NCBI GenBank assembly: GCA_045632145.1
Contig: JAZQWB010000011.1
Coordinates: 4,026-68,025 of the forward strand
Direction of reading: 5' to 3'
Source of the DNA: Eubacteriales bacterium
GTDB lineage: Bacteria > Bacillota > Clostridia > Oscillospirales > CAG-272
DNA: 64,000 nt
Part shown: positions 29,455-39,882 of the stretch, in pieces
Layout: each line of letters begins with the position of its first letter
Position numbering within the stretch: the stretch's first letter is position 1
The notes under the pieces: model-generated
What the model saw: the letters and a program-made list of their open reading frames with translations, nothing else
What the model was told of the DNA's origin: nothing
Database searches by the model: none
Position numbers and translations under genes: made by a program

Positions 29455-29482
29455 AAAACGGCCGTCCTTCGACAGCCGTTTT
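29455..29482 (-). terminator. Rho-independent terminator
   Basis: AAAACGGCCGTC-CTTC-GACAGCCGTTTT with a long U-tract on the minus strand. Confidence 0.7.
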
Positions 29483-29497
29483 CTGATCATATAGGAA

Positions 29498-29728
29498 TTA
29501 GTTGTTAGCGATCCATTCGTCTGCAACCCTCTTGGACATTCTCTTAATGTCCTCGGTGGGATACTTGGAGTCTGCGCCACCGTTTACGTAGAGGAAATAG
29601 TTGCCGGACTCGGTAAGGAAGAGGCACTCCTCGTAGCCAGTGGTGTCACCGTAAGTACCTACAGTAACCTTCTTAATTAAGGTAGAGGTCTCGGTATTAT
29701 ATTCCTTTTTGCAAATAATCTTAGTCAT
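29498..29728 (-). CDS. Small conserved hypothetical protein
   Basis: 76 aa, AAGGAG RBS, host-like codon usage, own terminator; KII.KKEYNTETS...E.LF....GNYFLY..GG pattern. Confidence 0.75.
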   Translation of the reverse strand: MTKIICKKEYNTETSTLIKKVTVGTYGDTTGYEECLFLTESGNYFLYVNGGADSKYPTEDIKRMSKRVADEWIANN

Positions 29729-29930
29729 TTTAGTGCTCCTTTCTGAATAGTTAGGGTTTTACGACCTTGAAATTATATCATAATAATATTGCAAAATCAA
29801 GTGATTTTATACACCTAAAACATTTTTGTAAAACATTTATATTTTCGCGAGTTTCGACACTATAGGCATTGTCCAAAATGCTATCATATCATATACTGAA
29901 TACACTAAGATTATTTAAAAAGGAGACAAA

Positions 29931-31118
29931 ATGCGAATACATAGGGTAAATAAGGATGAAAGCATCGGTGAAATTGCAAATTTCTACAACATAAAGGAAG
30001 ATGTCATAATAAAGACAAACAATATAGTTAAGGATAATCCGTCGGAGGGCGAGGAGCTTTTGATACAGCAGCCAACACGCACCTACAGGACGGTTTTCGG
30101 TGATAGCGTAGATAGGATAGGTCTGCGATTCGGTGTGAGAAAAAGAGATATACTTGCGCTTAACCCTTGGATAAGCGGTGGTGAACTACCTATTGGTGAG
30201 GAATTGACACTAAAAGCAACGGATACAAAGCGAGGAATGTCGGTGGCAAACGGATACTATTTCCGCGATTGCACGATGAAAAAGTTGACCCAGGCTATGC
30301 CCTACCTCACCTACGTAACATTCGGCTCTATCAAGGCTGATGCAAGGGGGCTGAGACGAATTTTCGACTGTACAGCCGAGGTTATTGTTTGCATTAAAAA
30401 CGGCAAAATCCCCTTGATGAGAGTGTTTGACGAGTATACTGAAAGATATAAAATCGGCAAGAATATGACCGAATTTGCAGAGGCTCTTATCTCCGCCGCG
30501 ATAGAGGGTGGGTACAAAGGTATAGTTATAGATGCATGTCCTTTGTCGAATTCTGCCAAGGAATTTGTTTCATTTTTGATGATATTGCGAAAATTGATGA
30601 TAGGATGCGACCTGATTCTGATTACGGAGATTAACGAAAAATCGCCTCTGGATTTCAGCGAATATGCTGACGGTAGCATTTATTATTATCCCAAGTTTGC
30701 TATGAATAATCCTCTAACCTTTGATGAGGGAGAAAGAAAGGCTATCGGCAGGCTTGCAACCGATGGTGAAAGTGCAAAGGTGTTTATCGACCTGCCATCG
30801 CTTGCAATGGTAAATCACGGATATATTACTGTAGACGAGGCAATAAAAACAGCAAGACGCGGCAGGCACACAATAGACACAAATAAAAGCACCCTGCTCT
30901 CGCACTTTTTGGGAAAGCAGGGTGAATGCCGCTACACCTCTCTCACAGGAATCAACGCCCTGCTAGATTTGATAAGCGAATTTGATTATATGGGAATAAG
31001 CTTTGATATTTTAAGGACACCTATTTCTTATTTGATGATGTATGACTCAAAATTCAAAACCACAAGCTCGGCAACCGTCAGGATTCGGGAGGGATATAAT
31101 CGCGCAGACGGAGAGTAA
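29931..31118 (+). CDS. LysM x2 + degenerate GH18-like domain (YaaH/SleL-like spore protein)
   Basis: Two LysM repeats at the N-terminus; ANGYYF, PYLTYV, GYKGIVID; lacks the catalytic Glu of DxxDxDxE. Confidence 0.7.
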   Translation: MRIHRVNKDESIGEIANFYNIKEDVIIKTNNIVKDNPSEGEELLIQQPTRTYRTVFGDSVDRIGLRFGVRKRDILALNPWISGGELPIGEELTLKATDTKRGMSVANGYYFRDCTMKKLTQAMPYLTYVTFGSIKADARGLRRIFDCTAEVIVCIKNGKIPLMRVFDEYTERYKIGKNMTEFAEALISAAIEGGYKGIVIDACPLSNSAKEFVSFLMILRKLMIGCDLILITEINEKSPLDFSEYADGSIYYYPKFAMNNPLTFDEGERKAIGRLATDGESAKVFIDLPSLAMVNHGYITVDEAIKTARRGRHTIDTNKSTLLSHFLGKQGECRYTSLTGINALLDLISEFDYMGISFDILRTPISYLMMYDSKFKTTSSATVRIREGYNRADGE

Positions 31119-31704
31119 CACCGAGGTCGGAGGAAATCTTCTTGCAAAGCTCAATTTCCTCTAAAGTCAGGGTTTCTTTCACGGCAGAAAGCTGAACCAA
31201 GGGAACGTACCCCTTCACTCTGCCCGCAAAGGCAACAAGAGATTCAAATGCCTCCTCGCCGTAAACCGAGTGACAAATAGCCTGATAGCCCCTTGCTGTG
31301 GGAGAGTTAAGACTGATGGAAACGGTATCAAACGCCCCCTCGTAATCGGGTGCGGTGTCTCGACCTAATATCAGGTCGGACTGTCCGTTGGTGTTGATAC
31401 GAATCTTCATCTCGGGGTATCTGCTCTTTATCTCCTTTGCCACAAGCACCGCATCGTCAAGACGGTATGTGGGCTCACCATAGCCACAGAAAACTATCTC
31501 GGGAAATACTGTCAGATCGCGAGAAAAAATAGAGTCAAGAATTTCCTCACGGGTTGGCTCGCGCTCAAGCCAAAGGCTATCCGAGCCGTATGCACCGTCA
31601 CCGTTGTTACGGATACAAAATTCGCAACGGTTAGAGCATTTATTGGTAATATTAACGTAGAGCTTATCCTCTACGATATAGGTTATACACATGGATTTTT
31701 TCAT
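31078..31704 (-). CDS. TatD-associated radical SAM protein
   Basis: LYVNITNKCSNRCEFCIRN (CxxxCxxC), EIVFCGYGEP, RINTNG; overlaps tatD. Confidence 0.92.
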   Translation of the reverse strand: MKKSMCITYIVEDKLYVNITNKCSNRCEFCIRNNGDGAYGSDSLWLEREPTREEILDSIFSRDLTVFPEIVFCGYGEPTYRLDDAVLVAKEIKSRYPEMKIRINTNGQSDLILGRDTAPDYEGAFDTVSISLNSPTARGYQAICHSVYGEEAFESLVAFAGRVKGYVPLVQLSAVKETLTLEEIELCKKISSDLGVTLRLRDYIPPES

Positions 31705-32486
31705 AATCTAAAGAACCTTTTTGCATTTTCCTCGGTGATGCGTGCGCACTCCTCGGGAGTAATACCCCATATTGCCGCCAACACACCGTTGGTGTACTCA
31801 AGATTGCCGGAGTGGTTAAGGCTACCGCGCTTGGGATGAGGTGCAAGATAAGGACAGTCTGTTTCTATCATCACAGATTCGTGAGGCAGAGCTGCCGCAA
31901 CCTCCTTAGGCTTTCTTGCATTGGTGAATGTGAGAGTACCCGAGAATGAAATCATCCAACCGAGCTTCACAAGCTCCTCTGCCATCTCAACCGATCCGGA
32001 AAAGCTATGCAAAACACCCTTTACGTTAGGAAAACGACGGATAACATCCATAACGTCTGCGTGTGATTCCCTATCGTGAATACAAACGGGGATATTAAGC
32101 TCCTCTGCCATCTGCATCTGTCTCTCAAAGTAAACAAGCTGCTTTTCCTTATCGGTCTCGGGATAGTGGTAATCAAGACCTATCTCACCGAGGCAAACCA
32201 CCTTGTTTGCCTTATCAAGTATCATCTCTCTGATCTCGGCAAGGTCCTTATCAATATCGCTAAGGAAACGTGTGTCTGAGGGATGAATACCTACGGCAGA
32301 GTACATATTTTCGTGTTTTTTTGCCTGTGCAACTACAAGGCGAGAGGTTTCGGGGCTTGCTCCGATATTTACAATATAGGAAACCTTTTCGGTAAGAAGG
32401 GTGTCGATAAATTCATCGACACCCATTGTCAGTTCTTCCGAAAATCTCTCGTCATAGTAATGGGCGTGAGAATCGAAATATTTCAT
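31701..32486 (-). CDS. tatD: TatD family deoxyribonuclease
   Basis: DSHAH, GIHP, GEIGLDYH, IHDRE, LHSFSG, ETDCPYLAP. Confidence 0.95.
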   Translation of the reverse strand: MKYFDSHAHYYDERFSEELTMGVDEFIDTLLTEKVSYIVNIGASPETSRLVVAQAKKHENMYSAVGIHPSDTRFLSDIDKDLAEIREMILDKANKVVCLGEIGLDYHYPETDKEKQLVYFERQMQMAEELNIPVCIHDRESHADVMDVIRRFPNVKGVLHSFSGSVEMAEELVKLGWMISFSGTLTFTNARKPKEVAAALPHESVMIETDCPYLAPHPKRGSLNHSGNLEYTNGVLAAIWGITPEECARITEENAKRFFRL

Positions 32487-34423
32487 CAGTGAATTCTGTC
32501 TCCGTTCTTTGCTGTGGGATCAAGGAATACTACCTTAACGTCCTCCTCACCAGATGCGAGGATCATACCGAAGCTGTCAACTCCGCAAAGCTTTGCAGGC
32601 TTAAGGTTGGTAACGAGACAAACCTTCTTGCCAACGAGCTGATCGGGAGTATAGAACTTTGCAATACCAGAAACAACCTGGCGCTTTTCGTAACCAAGGT
32701 CAACCTGGAGCTTGAGAAGCTTCTTTGCCTTAGGAATAGGCTCGGCAGAAAGAATTTCTGCAACGCGAAGCTCAACCGCACCGAAGGACTCGATGCCAAT
32801 CTCTGCCTCGTGCTCGGGCTCATCAACAGGCTTGTTAGCCTCGATGGCAGCAGCAATCTTAGCCTCCATCTCCTCAAGGAACTTCTTCTCGTCTACACGT
32901 GCGAAGAGGGTGAATGCCTCACCGAGAGGCTTGCCACTCTCCATACCGTTGAAGAACCAAACACTGTTGAATTCCTTCTTATCAGTACCAAGCTGCTTGA
33001 AGATGTTCTCAGCGGTGGTAGGAATATAGGGGGTAAGAAGTACCGCAGCAATACGGATAGTCTCAAGAAGATTATAAATTACGGTTGCAAGACGGGGACG
33101 GTCGCTCTCGTTCTTTGCAAGTGCCCAAGGCATAGTCTCGTCAATATACTTGTTAGCACGACGAAGCATAGTGAAAATCTCATCAAGAGAGTCTGCCACG
33201 TGATATGCATTCATAAGCTCAACAGATTTAACAACGGTATTGGAAACTACATTCTGAAGCTCAAGGTCGATAATCTCGGTCTCGCCCTGCTCGGGAACGA
33301 TGCCGTCAAAGTACTTCTTTGTCATAGCGTGAGTACGGCTAACAAGGTTACCGAGGTTGTTTGCAAGGTCGTTGTTGTATCTTGCAACTACGCTCTCGTA
33401 GGTAACAGAGCCGTCGGAGTTATAGGGCATCTCGGAGAGTGCGTAATATCTTACTGCATCAACACCGAAGCGCTCTGCAAGCTCGTCTGCATAAACAACG
33501 TTGCCCTTGGACTTGGACATCTTATCATTACCAAAGTTGAACCAGGGGTGACCGAATACCTTCTTAGGCAGAGGAAGATCGAGTGCCATAAGGAAGATAG
33601 GCCAATAGATGGTATGGAAGCGAAGAATGTCCTTACCGATAATGTGAACGTCGGCAGGCCAGTACTTTCTGAACTTCTCGGACTGCTCCTCAAAGGACTT
33701 GTCGGGGTCGTAGCCGATAGCGGTGATGTAGTTGGTAAGCGCATCAAGCCAAACGTAGGTTACGTGCTTGGGATCGAAGGTAACGGGAATACCCCAAGTG
33801 AAGGAGGTACGGGAAACGCAAAGATCCTGAAGGCCTGCCTTAAGGAAGTTGTTTACCATCTCGCGCTTTCTGCTCTCAGGCTCGATGAAGCCGGGGTTGT
33901 CCTCAATATGCTTGATAAGACGGTCAGCATACTTAGACATCTTGAAGAAGTATGCCTCCTCCTTTGCCTGGCTTACAGGTCTGCCACAGTCGGGACAGAT
34001 GCCGTTTACTGCCTGGGTAGCGGTAAAGAAGGACTCACAGGGAGTACAGTACCAGCCCTCGTAGTGGCCTTTGTAGATATCGCCCTGCTCGTAGAATTTC
34101 TTGAATATTTTTGCAACTACCTCCTCGTGGTAGTCGTCGGTTGTACGAATAAAGTGGTCGTAATTAACGCCCATAAGATCCCACAGACCCTTGATTTCAC
34201 CGGCTACGTTATCAACGTATGCCTTGGGGGTGATGCCTGCCGCCTTAGCGAGATCCTCAATCTTCTGACCGTGCTCGTCAGTACCTGTGCAAAGGAAAAC
34301 GTCCTTGCCCTGTGTCTTCTGGAAACGCGCAAATGCGTCTGCCATAATGATCTCGTAGGTGTTGCCGATGTGGGGCTTACGTGATGCGTAAGCGATTGCC
34401 GTAGTTAAATAAAACTTTTCCAT
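32486..34423 (-). CDS. metG: Methionine--tRNA ligase with C-terminal tRNA-binding domain
   Basis: HIGN, GTDEHGQKI, Zn knuckles, KMSKS; probable ATG at 34423. Confidence 0.97.
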   Translation of the reverse strand: MEKFYLTTAIAYASRKPHIGNTYEIIMADAFARFQKTQGKDVFLCTGTDEHGQKIEDLAKAAGITPKAYVDNVAGEIKGLWDLMGVNYDHFIRTTDDYHEEVVAKIFKKFYEQGDIYKGHYEGWYCTPCESFFTATQAVNGICPDCGRPVSQAKEEAYFFKMSKYADRLIKHIEDNPGFIEPESRKREMVNNFLKAGLQDLCVSRTSFTWGIPVTFDPKHVTYVWLDALTNYITAIGYDPDKSFEEQSEKFRKYWPADVHIIGKDILRFHTIYWPIFLMALDLPLPKKVFGHPWFNFGNDKMSKSKGNVVYADELAERFGVDAVRYYALSEMPYNSDGSVTYESVVARYNNDLANNLGNLVSRTHAMTKKYFDGIVPEQGETEIIDLELQNVVSNTVVKSVELMNAYHVADSLDEIFTMLRRANKYIDETMPWALAKNESDRPRLATVIYNLLETIRIAAVLLTPYIPTTAENIFKQLGTDKKEFNSVWFFNGMESGKPLGEAFTLFARVDEKKFLEEMEAKIAAAIEANKPVDEPEHEAEIGIESFGAVELRVAEILSAEPIPKAKKLLKLQVDLGYEKRQVVSGIAKFYTPDQLVGKKVCLVTNLKPAKLCGVDSFGMILASGEEDVKVVFLDPTAKNGDRIH

Positions 34424-34599
34424 TAAAATGTTCTCTCTTTCTGCCCGCAAATGAGCGCGCATATTTTGACATTTAATATTTTAGCACAAGAAAATAAAAA
34501 TTACAAGTACTTCAATTACAAAACTTTATTTAGATCTGCATTTTCGTATTATCATAGCAAAATTGTACATCTTTTTTGCAAAAAAATAGTTTATGGTTA

Positions 34600-34628
34600 T
34601 TGACAATTTAATTTTATTGTTATATAAT
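34600..34628 (+). promoter_or_regulatory. Sigma-A promoter (TTGACA-17-TATAAT) of the purine operon
   Basis: Perfect consensus. Confidence 0.8.
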
Positions 34629-34672
34629 AAAAGCAGTTTTAGCGCAATGAGACGAAACTCTTACGCAAAATT

Positions 34673-34750
34673 TATCACGAGGCTGACGGATAATCGCGGA
34701 ATTGACCGCGGTGCTTCGATGATACTGATAATATTGCCGACCGTCTGGGC
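34673..34750 (+). ncRNA. ZMP/ZTP (pfl) riboswitch
   Basis: GCTGACGGA near the 5' end, P2 CGCGG/CCGCG, and hallmark 3' GCCGACCGTCTGGGC whose loop can pair with GACGG; overlaps a terminator; upstream of pur/fhs genes. Confidence 0.85.
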
Positions 34751-34790
34751 GCGCTTTCCTGCCGTGGGTAAGTGCGCCTTTTTGATTTTT
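34748..34790 (+). terminator. Riboswitch expression-platform terminator
   Basis: GGCGCGCTT...AAGTGCGCC followed by TTTTTGATTTTT; overlaps P3 of the aptamer. Confidence 0.8.
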
Positions 34791-34861
34791 CAATCGATGG
34801 TTAGCACTATGCATTGTTAAAAATTTTCTGCAGACACCTTGGTGTCGGAAGGGACTATATT

Positions 34862-35356
34862 ATGAAAAAGGTTGGAATCGTTATGGGAAGTGCAAGCGAT
34901 CTTCCCATTGTAAAAAAAGCAATTGATATGCTCGTTTCTTTAGGTGTTCCGTATGAGGTACATGTGTACTCTGCGCACAGAACACCCGATGAGGCGAGCG
35001 ATTTTGCTTTAAATGCCAAAGAAAACGGATTTGGTGTATTAATCGCGGCGGCAGGAATGGCGGCACATCTTGCAGGTGTTGTTGCTTCAAGAACTACCCT
35101 GCCTGTAATAGGAATCCCCTGCAAGTCCTCAAACCTTGACGGACTTGATGCCCTGCTTGCAACCGTACAGATGCCTACCGGAATTCCCGTAGCGACCGTT
35201 GCTATTGACGGTGCTGCTAACGCGGCACTTCTTGCGGCAGAGATGCTTGCTATAAGTGATGAGACTCTGGCGGCAAGGCTTGTGGAAAAAAGAAAGAATG
35301 ACACCGCGGCCGTTCTTGCAAAAAATGCTGAAATTGAATCTGAATTTAATAAATAA
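34862..35356 (+). CDS. purE: N5-CAIR mutase / AIR carboxylase
   Basis: [37 protein letters not shown]. Confidence 0.96.
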   Translation: MKKVGIVMGSASDLPIVKKAIDMLVSLGVPYEVHVYSAHRTPDEASDFALNAKENGFGVLIAAAGMAAHLAGVVASRTTLPVIGIPCKSSNLDGLDALLATVQMPTGIPVATVAIDGAANAALLAAEMLAISDETLAARLVEKRKNDTAAVLAKNAEIESEFNK

Positions 35357-35385
35357 AATTTCTCTTAGCTGAAAGGAAAGAAAAA

Positions 35386-36066
35386 ATGAAACTCGTTTAC
35401 ACCGGAAAAACAAAGAATGTTTATGCACTTGACAACGGCAACTATCTCCTTAAGTTTAAGGACGACTGCACCGGAAAAGACGGTGTTTTTGATCCCGGAG
35501 AGAACTCTGTAGGTCTTACTATCGACGGCGTTGGTGACGTTAACCTTCGTATGTCTATATACTATTTCGAAAAGGTAAATGCAGCAGGCATCAAGACCCA
35601 CTACGTAAGTGCAAATCTTGACGACACCACTATGGAGGTTGTTCCTGCAAAGCCCTTCGGCCACGGACTTGAGGTTATCTGCCGTCACAAGGCTGTTGGT
35701 AGCTTTATCCGCAGATACGGTGATTACATTGAGGCAGGCGCTGACCTTCCCGCATACGTTGAGACTACCTTTAAGAATGACGAAAAGGGCGATCCCCTTG
35801 TAACCAAGGATGCGCTCGTTGCGCTCGGTGTTATGACCGAAAAGCAGTATGATGACGTAAAGCTTATGACTCAGAAGATTACCAAGATCGTTGCTGATGA
35901 CCTTCTTGAAAAGGGCCTTGTGCTTTATGACATTAAGTTTGAGTTTGGCTATGACAAGGACGGAAACGTTATTCTCATCGACGAGATCGCTTCCGGCAAT
36001 ATGCGAGTATACAAAAACGGCGAGTACATCGATCCTATGACTCTGTCCGAGCTTTTCTTCGCATAA
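35386..36066 (+). CDS. purC: SAICAR synthetase
   Basis: [27 protein letters not shown]. Confidence 0.95.
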   Translation: MKLVYTGKTKNVYALDNGNYLLKFKDDCTGKDGVFDPGENSVGLTIDGVGDVNLRMSIYYFEKVNAAGIKTHYVSANLDDTTMEVVPAKPFGHGLEVICRHKAVGSFIRRYGDYIEAGADLPAYVETTFKNDEKGDPLVTKDALVALGVMTEKQYDDVKLMTQKITKIVADDLLEKGLVLYDIKFEFGYDKDGNVILIDEIASGNMRVYKNGEYIDPMTLSELFFA

Positions 36067-36126
36067 AATACACACTCGGTGGATCATTTCCGCCACCTAT
36101 AAATTGACAAAGAAAGCGAGAAAACC

Positions 36127-37551
36127 ATGGGCGGATTTTTCGGTGCGTGCCGCAAGACGGACGCAATATCTGACGTATTTTTTGGCACCGACTACCATTC
36201 TCATCTGGGTACAAAGATCGGTGGAATGGCGGCATTTGCTAATGACGTAGGTCTGCAGAGAGTTATACACAACATAGAGAACTCTCCCTTCAGAACCAAG
36301 TTTGACCACGTTTTTGAAGAAATGCACGGCAACAGTGCTATAGGCTGTATCAGTGATTTTGCTCCCCAGCCCCTGCTTATACGTTCCCGACTTGGAGTAT
36401 ATTCCATTTGTATCGTTGGTATTGTTAAAAACGCGGACGAGCTTGCAGCCGAGCATATGGAAAGCGGTGACGGTCAGTTTGCCGTTATGACAGGCGGTGT
36501 GGTAAACACCACCGAGCTTGTTGCGGCTCTTATCAATAAAAAGGATAGCTTTGCCGAGGGTATCAGATACGCGCAAAGCAGAATTCTTGGCACCGCTGCA
36601 ATCCTTATCCTTAAAAACGACGGTCATATCATTACCGCGAGAGACAGATACGGCAGACTCCCCGTTGTAATAGGAAAAAGCGATGAGGGCTACTGTGTTT
36701 CTCTCGAGCCCTTTGCTGCCACCAAGCTTGATTACGATATCGTAAAGGAGCTGAAGGCCTCCGAGGTTGTAGAGATTTGGGACGAGGGATACGAAACCCT
36801 TTGCGAGGGCACCGATGAAATGAAGATTTGCTCCTTCCTCTGGAGCTATTACGGATACCCTACCTCTACATACGAGGGCAAGAACGTTGAGGTGATGCGC
36901 TATCGCAACGGTGCGATTATGGCACAGAACGATGCGGACAACGGCAACAACGAAAATATAGACTACGTTGGCGGTATTCCCGACTCAGGAACCCCCCATG
37001 CTATTGGATACGCAAACAAGAGCGGTATTCCCTTTGCACGTGCCTTTATCAAGTACACTCCCACCTGGGCAAGAAGCTTTACTCCCTCAAAGCAATCCGA
37101 GCGTAACAGGGTTGCAAAGATGAAGCAGATTCCCGTAAAGGAGCTTATTGAGGACAAGAACCTTTTGTTTGTTGATGACTCTATCGTTAGAGGAACTCAA
37201 ATACGCGAGACCATTGATTTCTTGTACGAAAACGGTGCGAAGGCAGTACATATGCGTTCTGCCTGCCCTCCTATAATGTACAGCTGCAAGTACCTTAATT
37301 TCTCAAGAGCAACAGGTGATATGGAGCTCATTGCCAGAAAGATGATTATGGAGCTTGAGGGCGACGAGGGTGCGGCACATATTAATGAATACAGCGACTT
37401 TACGACAGAAAGAGGCAAAAAACTCCGCCAGAGACTCTGCGAGGAATTGCGTCTCAAAACCATAGAATTCCAGACACTCGAGGGCATTATTGAGGCTATC
37501 GGCCTTGAGCCGTGCAAGCTCTGTACCTACTGCTGGACCGGAAAAGAATAA
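36127..37551 (+). CDS. purF: Amidophosphoribosyltransferase, variant lacking the N-terminal Cys (MGGFFG)
   Basis: PRPP loop LFVDDSIVRGT, IPDSG, Fe-S Cys (CSF, ACPP, CTYCW). Confidence 0.92.
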   Translation: MGGFFGACRKTDAISDVFFGTDYHSHLGTKIGGMAAFANDVGLQRVIHNIENSPFRTKFDHVFEEMHGNSAIGCISDFAPQPLLIRSRLGVYSICIVGIVKNADELAAEHMESGDGQFAVMTGGVVNTTELVAALINKKDSFAEGIRYAQSRILGTAAILILKNDGHIITARDRYGRLPVVIGKSDEGYCVSLEPFAATKLDYDIVKELKASEVVEIWDEGYETLCEGTDEMKICSFLWSYYGYPTSTYEGKNVEVMRYRNGAIMAQNDADNGNNENIDYVGGIPDSGTPHAIGYANKSGIPFARAFIKYTPTWARSFTPSKQSERNRVAKMKQIPVKELIEDKNLLFVDDSIVRGTQIRETIDFLYENGAKAVHMRSACPPIMYSCKYLNFSRATGDMELIARKMIMELEGDEGAAHINEYSDFTTERGKKLRQRLCEELRLKTIEFQTLEGIIEAIGLEPCKLCTYCWTGKE

Positions 37552-37572
37552 TTTGAAAGGATTGTAACGAAA

Positions 37573-38622
37573 ATGCATTCTAACTCCAAATCCGAAGCTT
37601 ACGCATCTGCCGGTGTTGATATCACCGCAGGATATAAGGCCGTTGAGCTTATGAAAAAGCATATTGCAAGAACCAAGAATGAGGGTTGTCTTGATGACGT
37701 AGGAGGCTTTGGCGGTTGCTTTGGTCTCGGTCTTAACGGAATTGATGAGCCCGTTCTTGTTTCGGGCACAGACGGTTGCGGCACCAAGGTTAAAATGGCT
37801 ATACTTATGGACAAGCACGACACCATCGGTATCGATGCCGTGGCAATGTGTGTTAACGACATTATCTGTTGCGGTGCAAGGCCCCTCTTCTTCCTCGACT
37901 ACATTGCCTGCGGAAAGAATATTCCCGAAAAGATTGCTTCTATCGTAAGCGGTGTTGCAGAGGGATGCGTTCAGTCGGGTGCAGCTCTTATTGGCGGTGA
38001 AACCGCAGAGCACCCCGGTATGATGCCCACAGAGGAATATGACCTTGCAGGCTTTGCAGTAGGTATCGTAGATAAAAAGAAGATGCTTGATAACACAAGA
38101 ACCGAGGCGGGTGACGTGGTGATTGCTCTTGCATCCAGCGGAATTCACTCCAACGGCTTCTCTCTTATCCGCAAGGTGTTCGATATAGACAACAACCCTG
38201 ATAGCCTTTATACCCCCTGCGACGATCTTGGCGGTAAAACCATTGCCGAGACTCTTCTCACCCCCACAAGAATTTACGTAAAGAGCATTCTTTCTCTTCT
38301 TGAAAAGGTGGACGTTAAGGGTATCTCTCATATTACCGGCGGTGGATTCTACGAGAATATTCCCAGAAGCATTCCCGACGGCCTTGGCGCAAAAATCGAC
38401 AGATCCAAGGTAAAGGTGCTTCCTATCTTTGACCTTATCCAAAAGACCGGTGGCATCACCGAGCGCGATATGTTCAACACCTACAATATGGGCGTTGGTA
38501 TGAGCATTGTTGTTCCCTCCTCCCAGGTTGACGAGGCACTTAAAATTCTCCGCAGCTGCGGTGAGGATGCTTACGTTATCGGTGAGATAATCAAATCCGA
38601 GGAGAAGATTGTTATATGCTAA
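37573..38622 (+). CDS. purM: AIR synthetase
   Basis: YASAGVDI, GTDGCGTK, GGETAEHPG, SSGIHSNGFSL, HITGGG, NMGVG. Confidence 0.97.
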   Translation: MHSNSKSEAYASAGVDITAGYKAVELMKKHIARTKNEGCLDDVGGFGGCFGLGLNGIDEPVLVSGTDGCGTKVKMAILMDKHDTIGIDAVAMCVNDIICCGARPLFFLDYIACGKNIPEKIASIVSGVAEGCVQSGAALIGGETAEHPGMMPTEEYDLAGFAVGIVDKKKMLDNTRTEAGDVVIALASSGIHSNGFSLIRKVFDIDNNPDSLYTPCDDLGGKTIAETLLTPTRIYVKSILSLLEKVDVKGISHITGGGFYENIPRSIPDGLGAKIDRSKVKVLPIFDLIQKTGGITERDMFNTYNMGVGMSIVVPSSQVDEALKILRSCGEDAYVIGEIIKSEEKIVIC

Positions 38623-39251
38623 AAAAGACGGTAAGCGGATTTTTTGCAGGTACGATGATATCCATCGGAGGATGCGTGTTTCTGTCCTGTATGGGAATGA
38701 ATAAAATCCTTGCAGCCTGTCTTTTCTCGGTTGCCCTGCTCTGTATTTGCTTACAGGGATACTCACTTTACACGGGTAAGATAGGTTTTATCCTTTCTGA
38801 TCACTCGAGTGAGGCAGTAAGTACGTTGTTGTTTGGTCTTATCGGCAACTTTATCGCCACCCTTATTTTCGGCATTGCCTTAGGCTATGCAATTCCCGGC
38901 ATCAAGGACGTTGCCATCGGTATCTGCGAGGCAAAGCTTGATCAGGAGCTTTTAGCGGCCTTTATCCGCTCATGCTTCTGCGGTATGCTAATGTATCAGG
39001 CGGTAAGCATCTTTAAGAATCACAGTAAGAATCTTGTTGGAATCCTCTTCTGCATTCCCGTGTTTATTTTAAGCGGATTTGAGCATTCCATAGCAAATAT
39101 GTTTTACTTCTCTGCGGCAGGAATTTTCTCTATTGATGTAGTTATCTACATTCTTGTCGTAATAATAGGTAACTCCGTGGGTGCGATCTTGTTTGATCTT
39201 CCCTCGGTCTTCAAAAAAACACAGGAGACAGCTTCTGATGACAAACATTAA
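38616..39251 (+). CDS. Formate/nitrite transporter (FNT) family channel
   Basis: FFAGTMISIGG, LYTGK, GNF, FILSGFEHSIANMFY, GNSVG. Confidence 0.88.
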   Translation: MLKKTVSGFFAGTMISIGGCVFLSCMGMNKILAACLFSVALLCICLQGYSLYTGKIGFILSDHSSEAVSTLLFGLIGNFIATLIFGIALGYAIPGIKDVAIGICEAKLDQELLAAFIRSCFCGMLMYQAVSIFKNHSKNLVGILFCIPVFILSGFEHSIANMFYFSAAGIFSIDVVIYILVVIIGNSVGAILFDLPSVFKKTQETASDDKH

Positions 39252-39882
39252 AAAAATCGGTGTTCTCGTTTCGGGTGGCGGAACTAATCTGCAGGCACTT
39301 ATCGACGCAGAAAAGGCAGGCGGCCTCGGTGGTGGAAAAATCACTCTGGTCATTTCCTCCAAGCCCGACGTGTACGCACTTGAGCGCGCCAGAAACAACG
39401 GTATTGAGGCAATCACACTTGCACGCAAGAATTACGATAGCGTGTCCGACTATTCTCTCGCACTTGCAGACAGACTTTCGGAGGCAGAAATCGACCTTGT
39501 GGTATTGGCAGGATTTTTAACCATTATAGATAAAAATATGTACGAAAGATTTGAGAACCGAATTCTTAACGTGCATCCTGCGCTTATCCCATCCTTCTGT
39601 GGCAAGGGATATTACGGCCTTCGCGTTCACGAGGCCGCACTCGAAAAGGGTGTGAAGATTTCCGGTGCTACGGTGCATATTGTAACACCCGAATGTGATG
39701 CAGGACCTATCGTATTACAAAAGTCGGTAGAGGTTAAGGAGGGTGACACCCCTGAAGCCCTGCAGAAACGAATCATGGAAGAGGCCGAGTGGAAGATTCT
39801 TCCCGAGGCGGTAAAGCTCTTCTGTGAGGACAGAATAACCGTTAAAGACGGTAAAACAATCATTAAAGGAGTAACAAAATGA
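39238..39882 (+). CDS. purN: GAR transformylase
   Basis: VLVSGGGTNLQA, LAGFL, LNVHPALIP, GATVH, DAGPI. Confidence 0.96.
   Translation: MTNIKKIGVLVSGGGTNLQALIDAEKAGGLGGGKITLVISSKPDVYALERARNNGIEAITLARKNYDSVSDYSLALADRLSEAEIDLVVLAGFLTIIDKNMYERFENRILNVHPALIPSFCGKGYYGLRVHEAALEKGVKISGATVHIVTPECDAGPIVLQKSVEVKEGDTPEALQKRIMEEAEWKILPEAVKLFCEDRITVKDGKTIIKGVTK

Noticed and set aside
34630-34790. Guanine (purine) riboswitch upstream of purE
   Set aside because: No purine-aptamer core seen; the sequence matches the ZTP motif instead.
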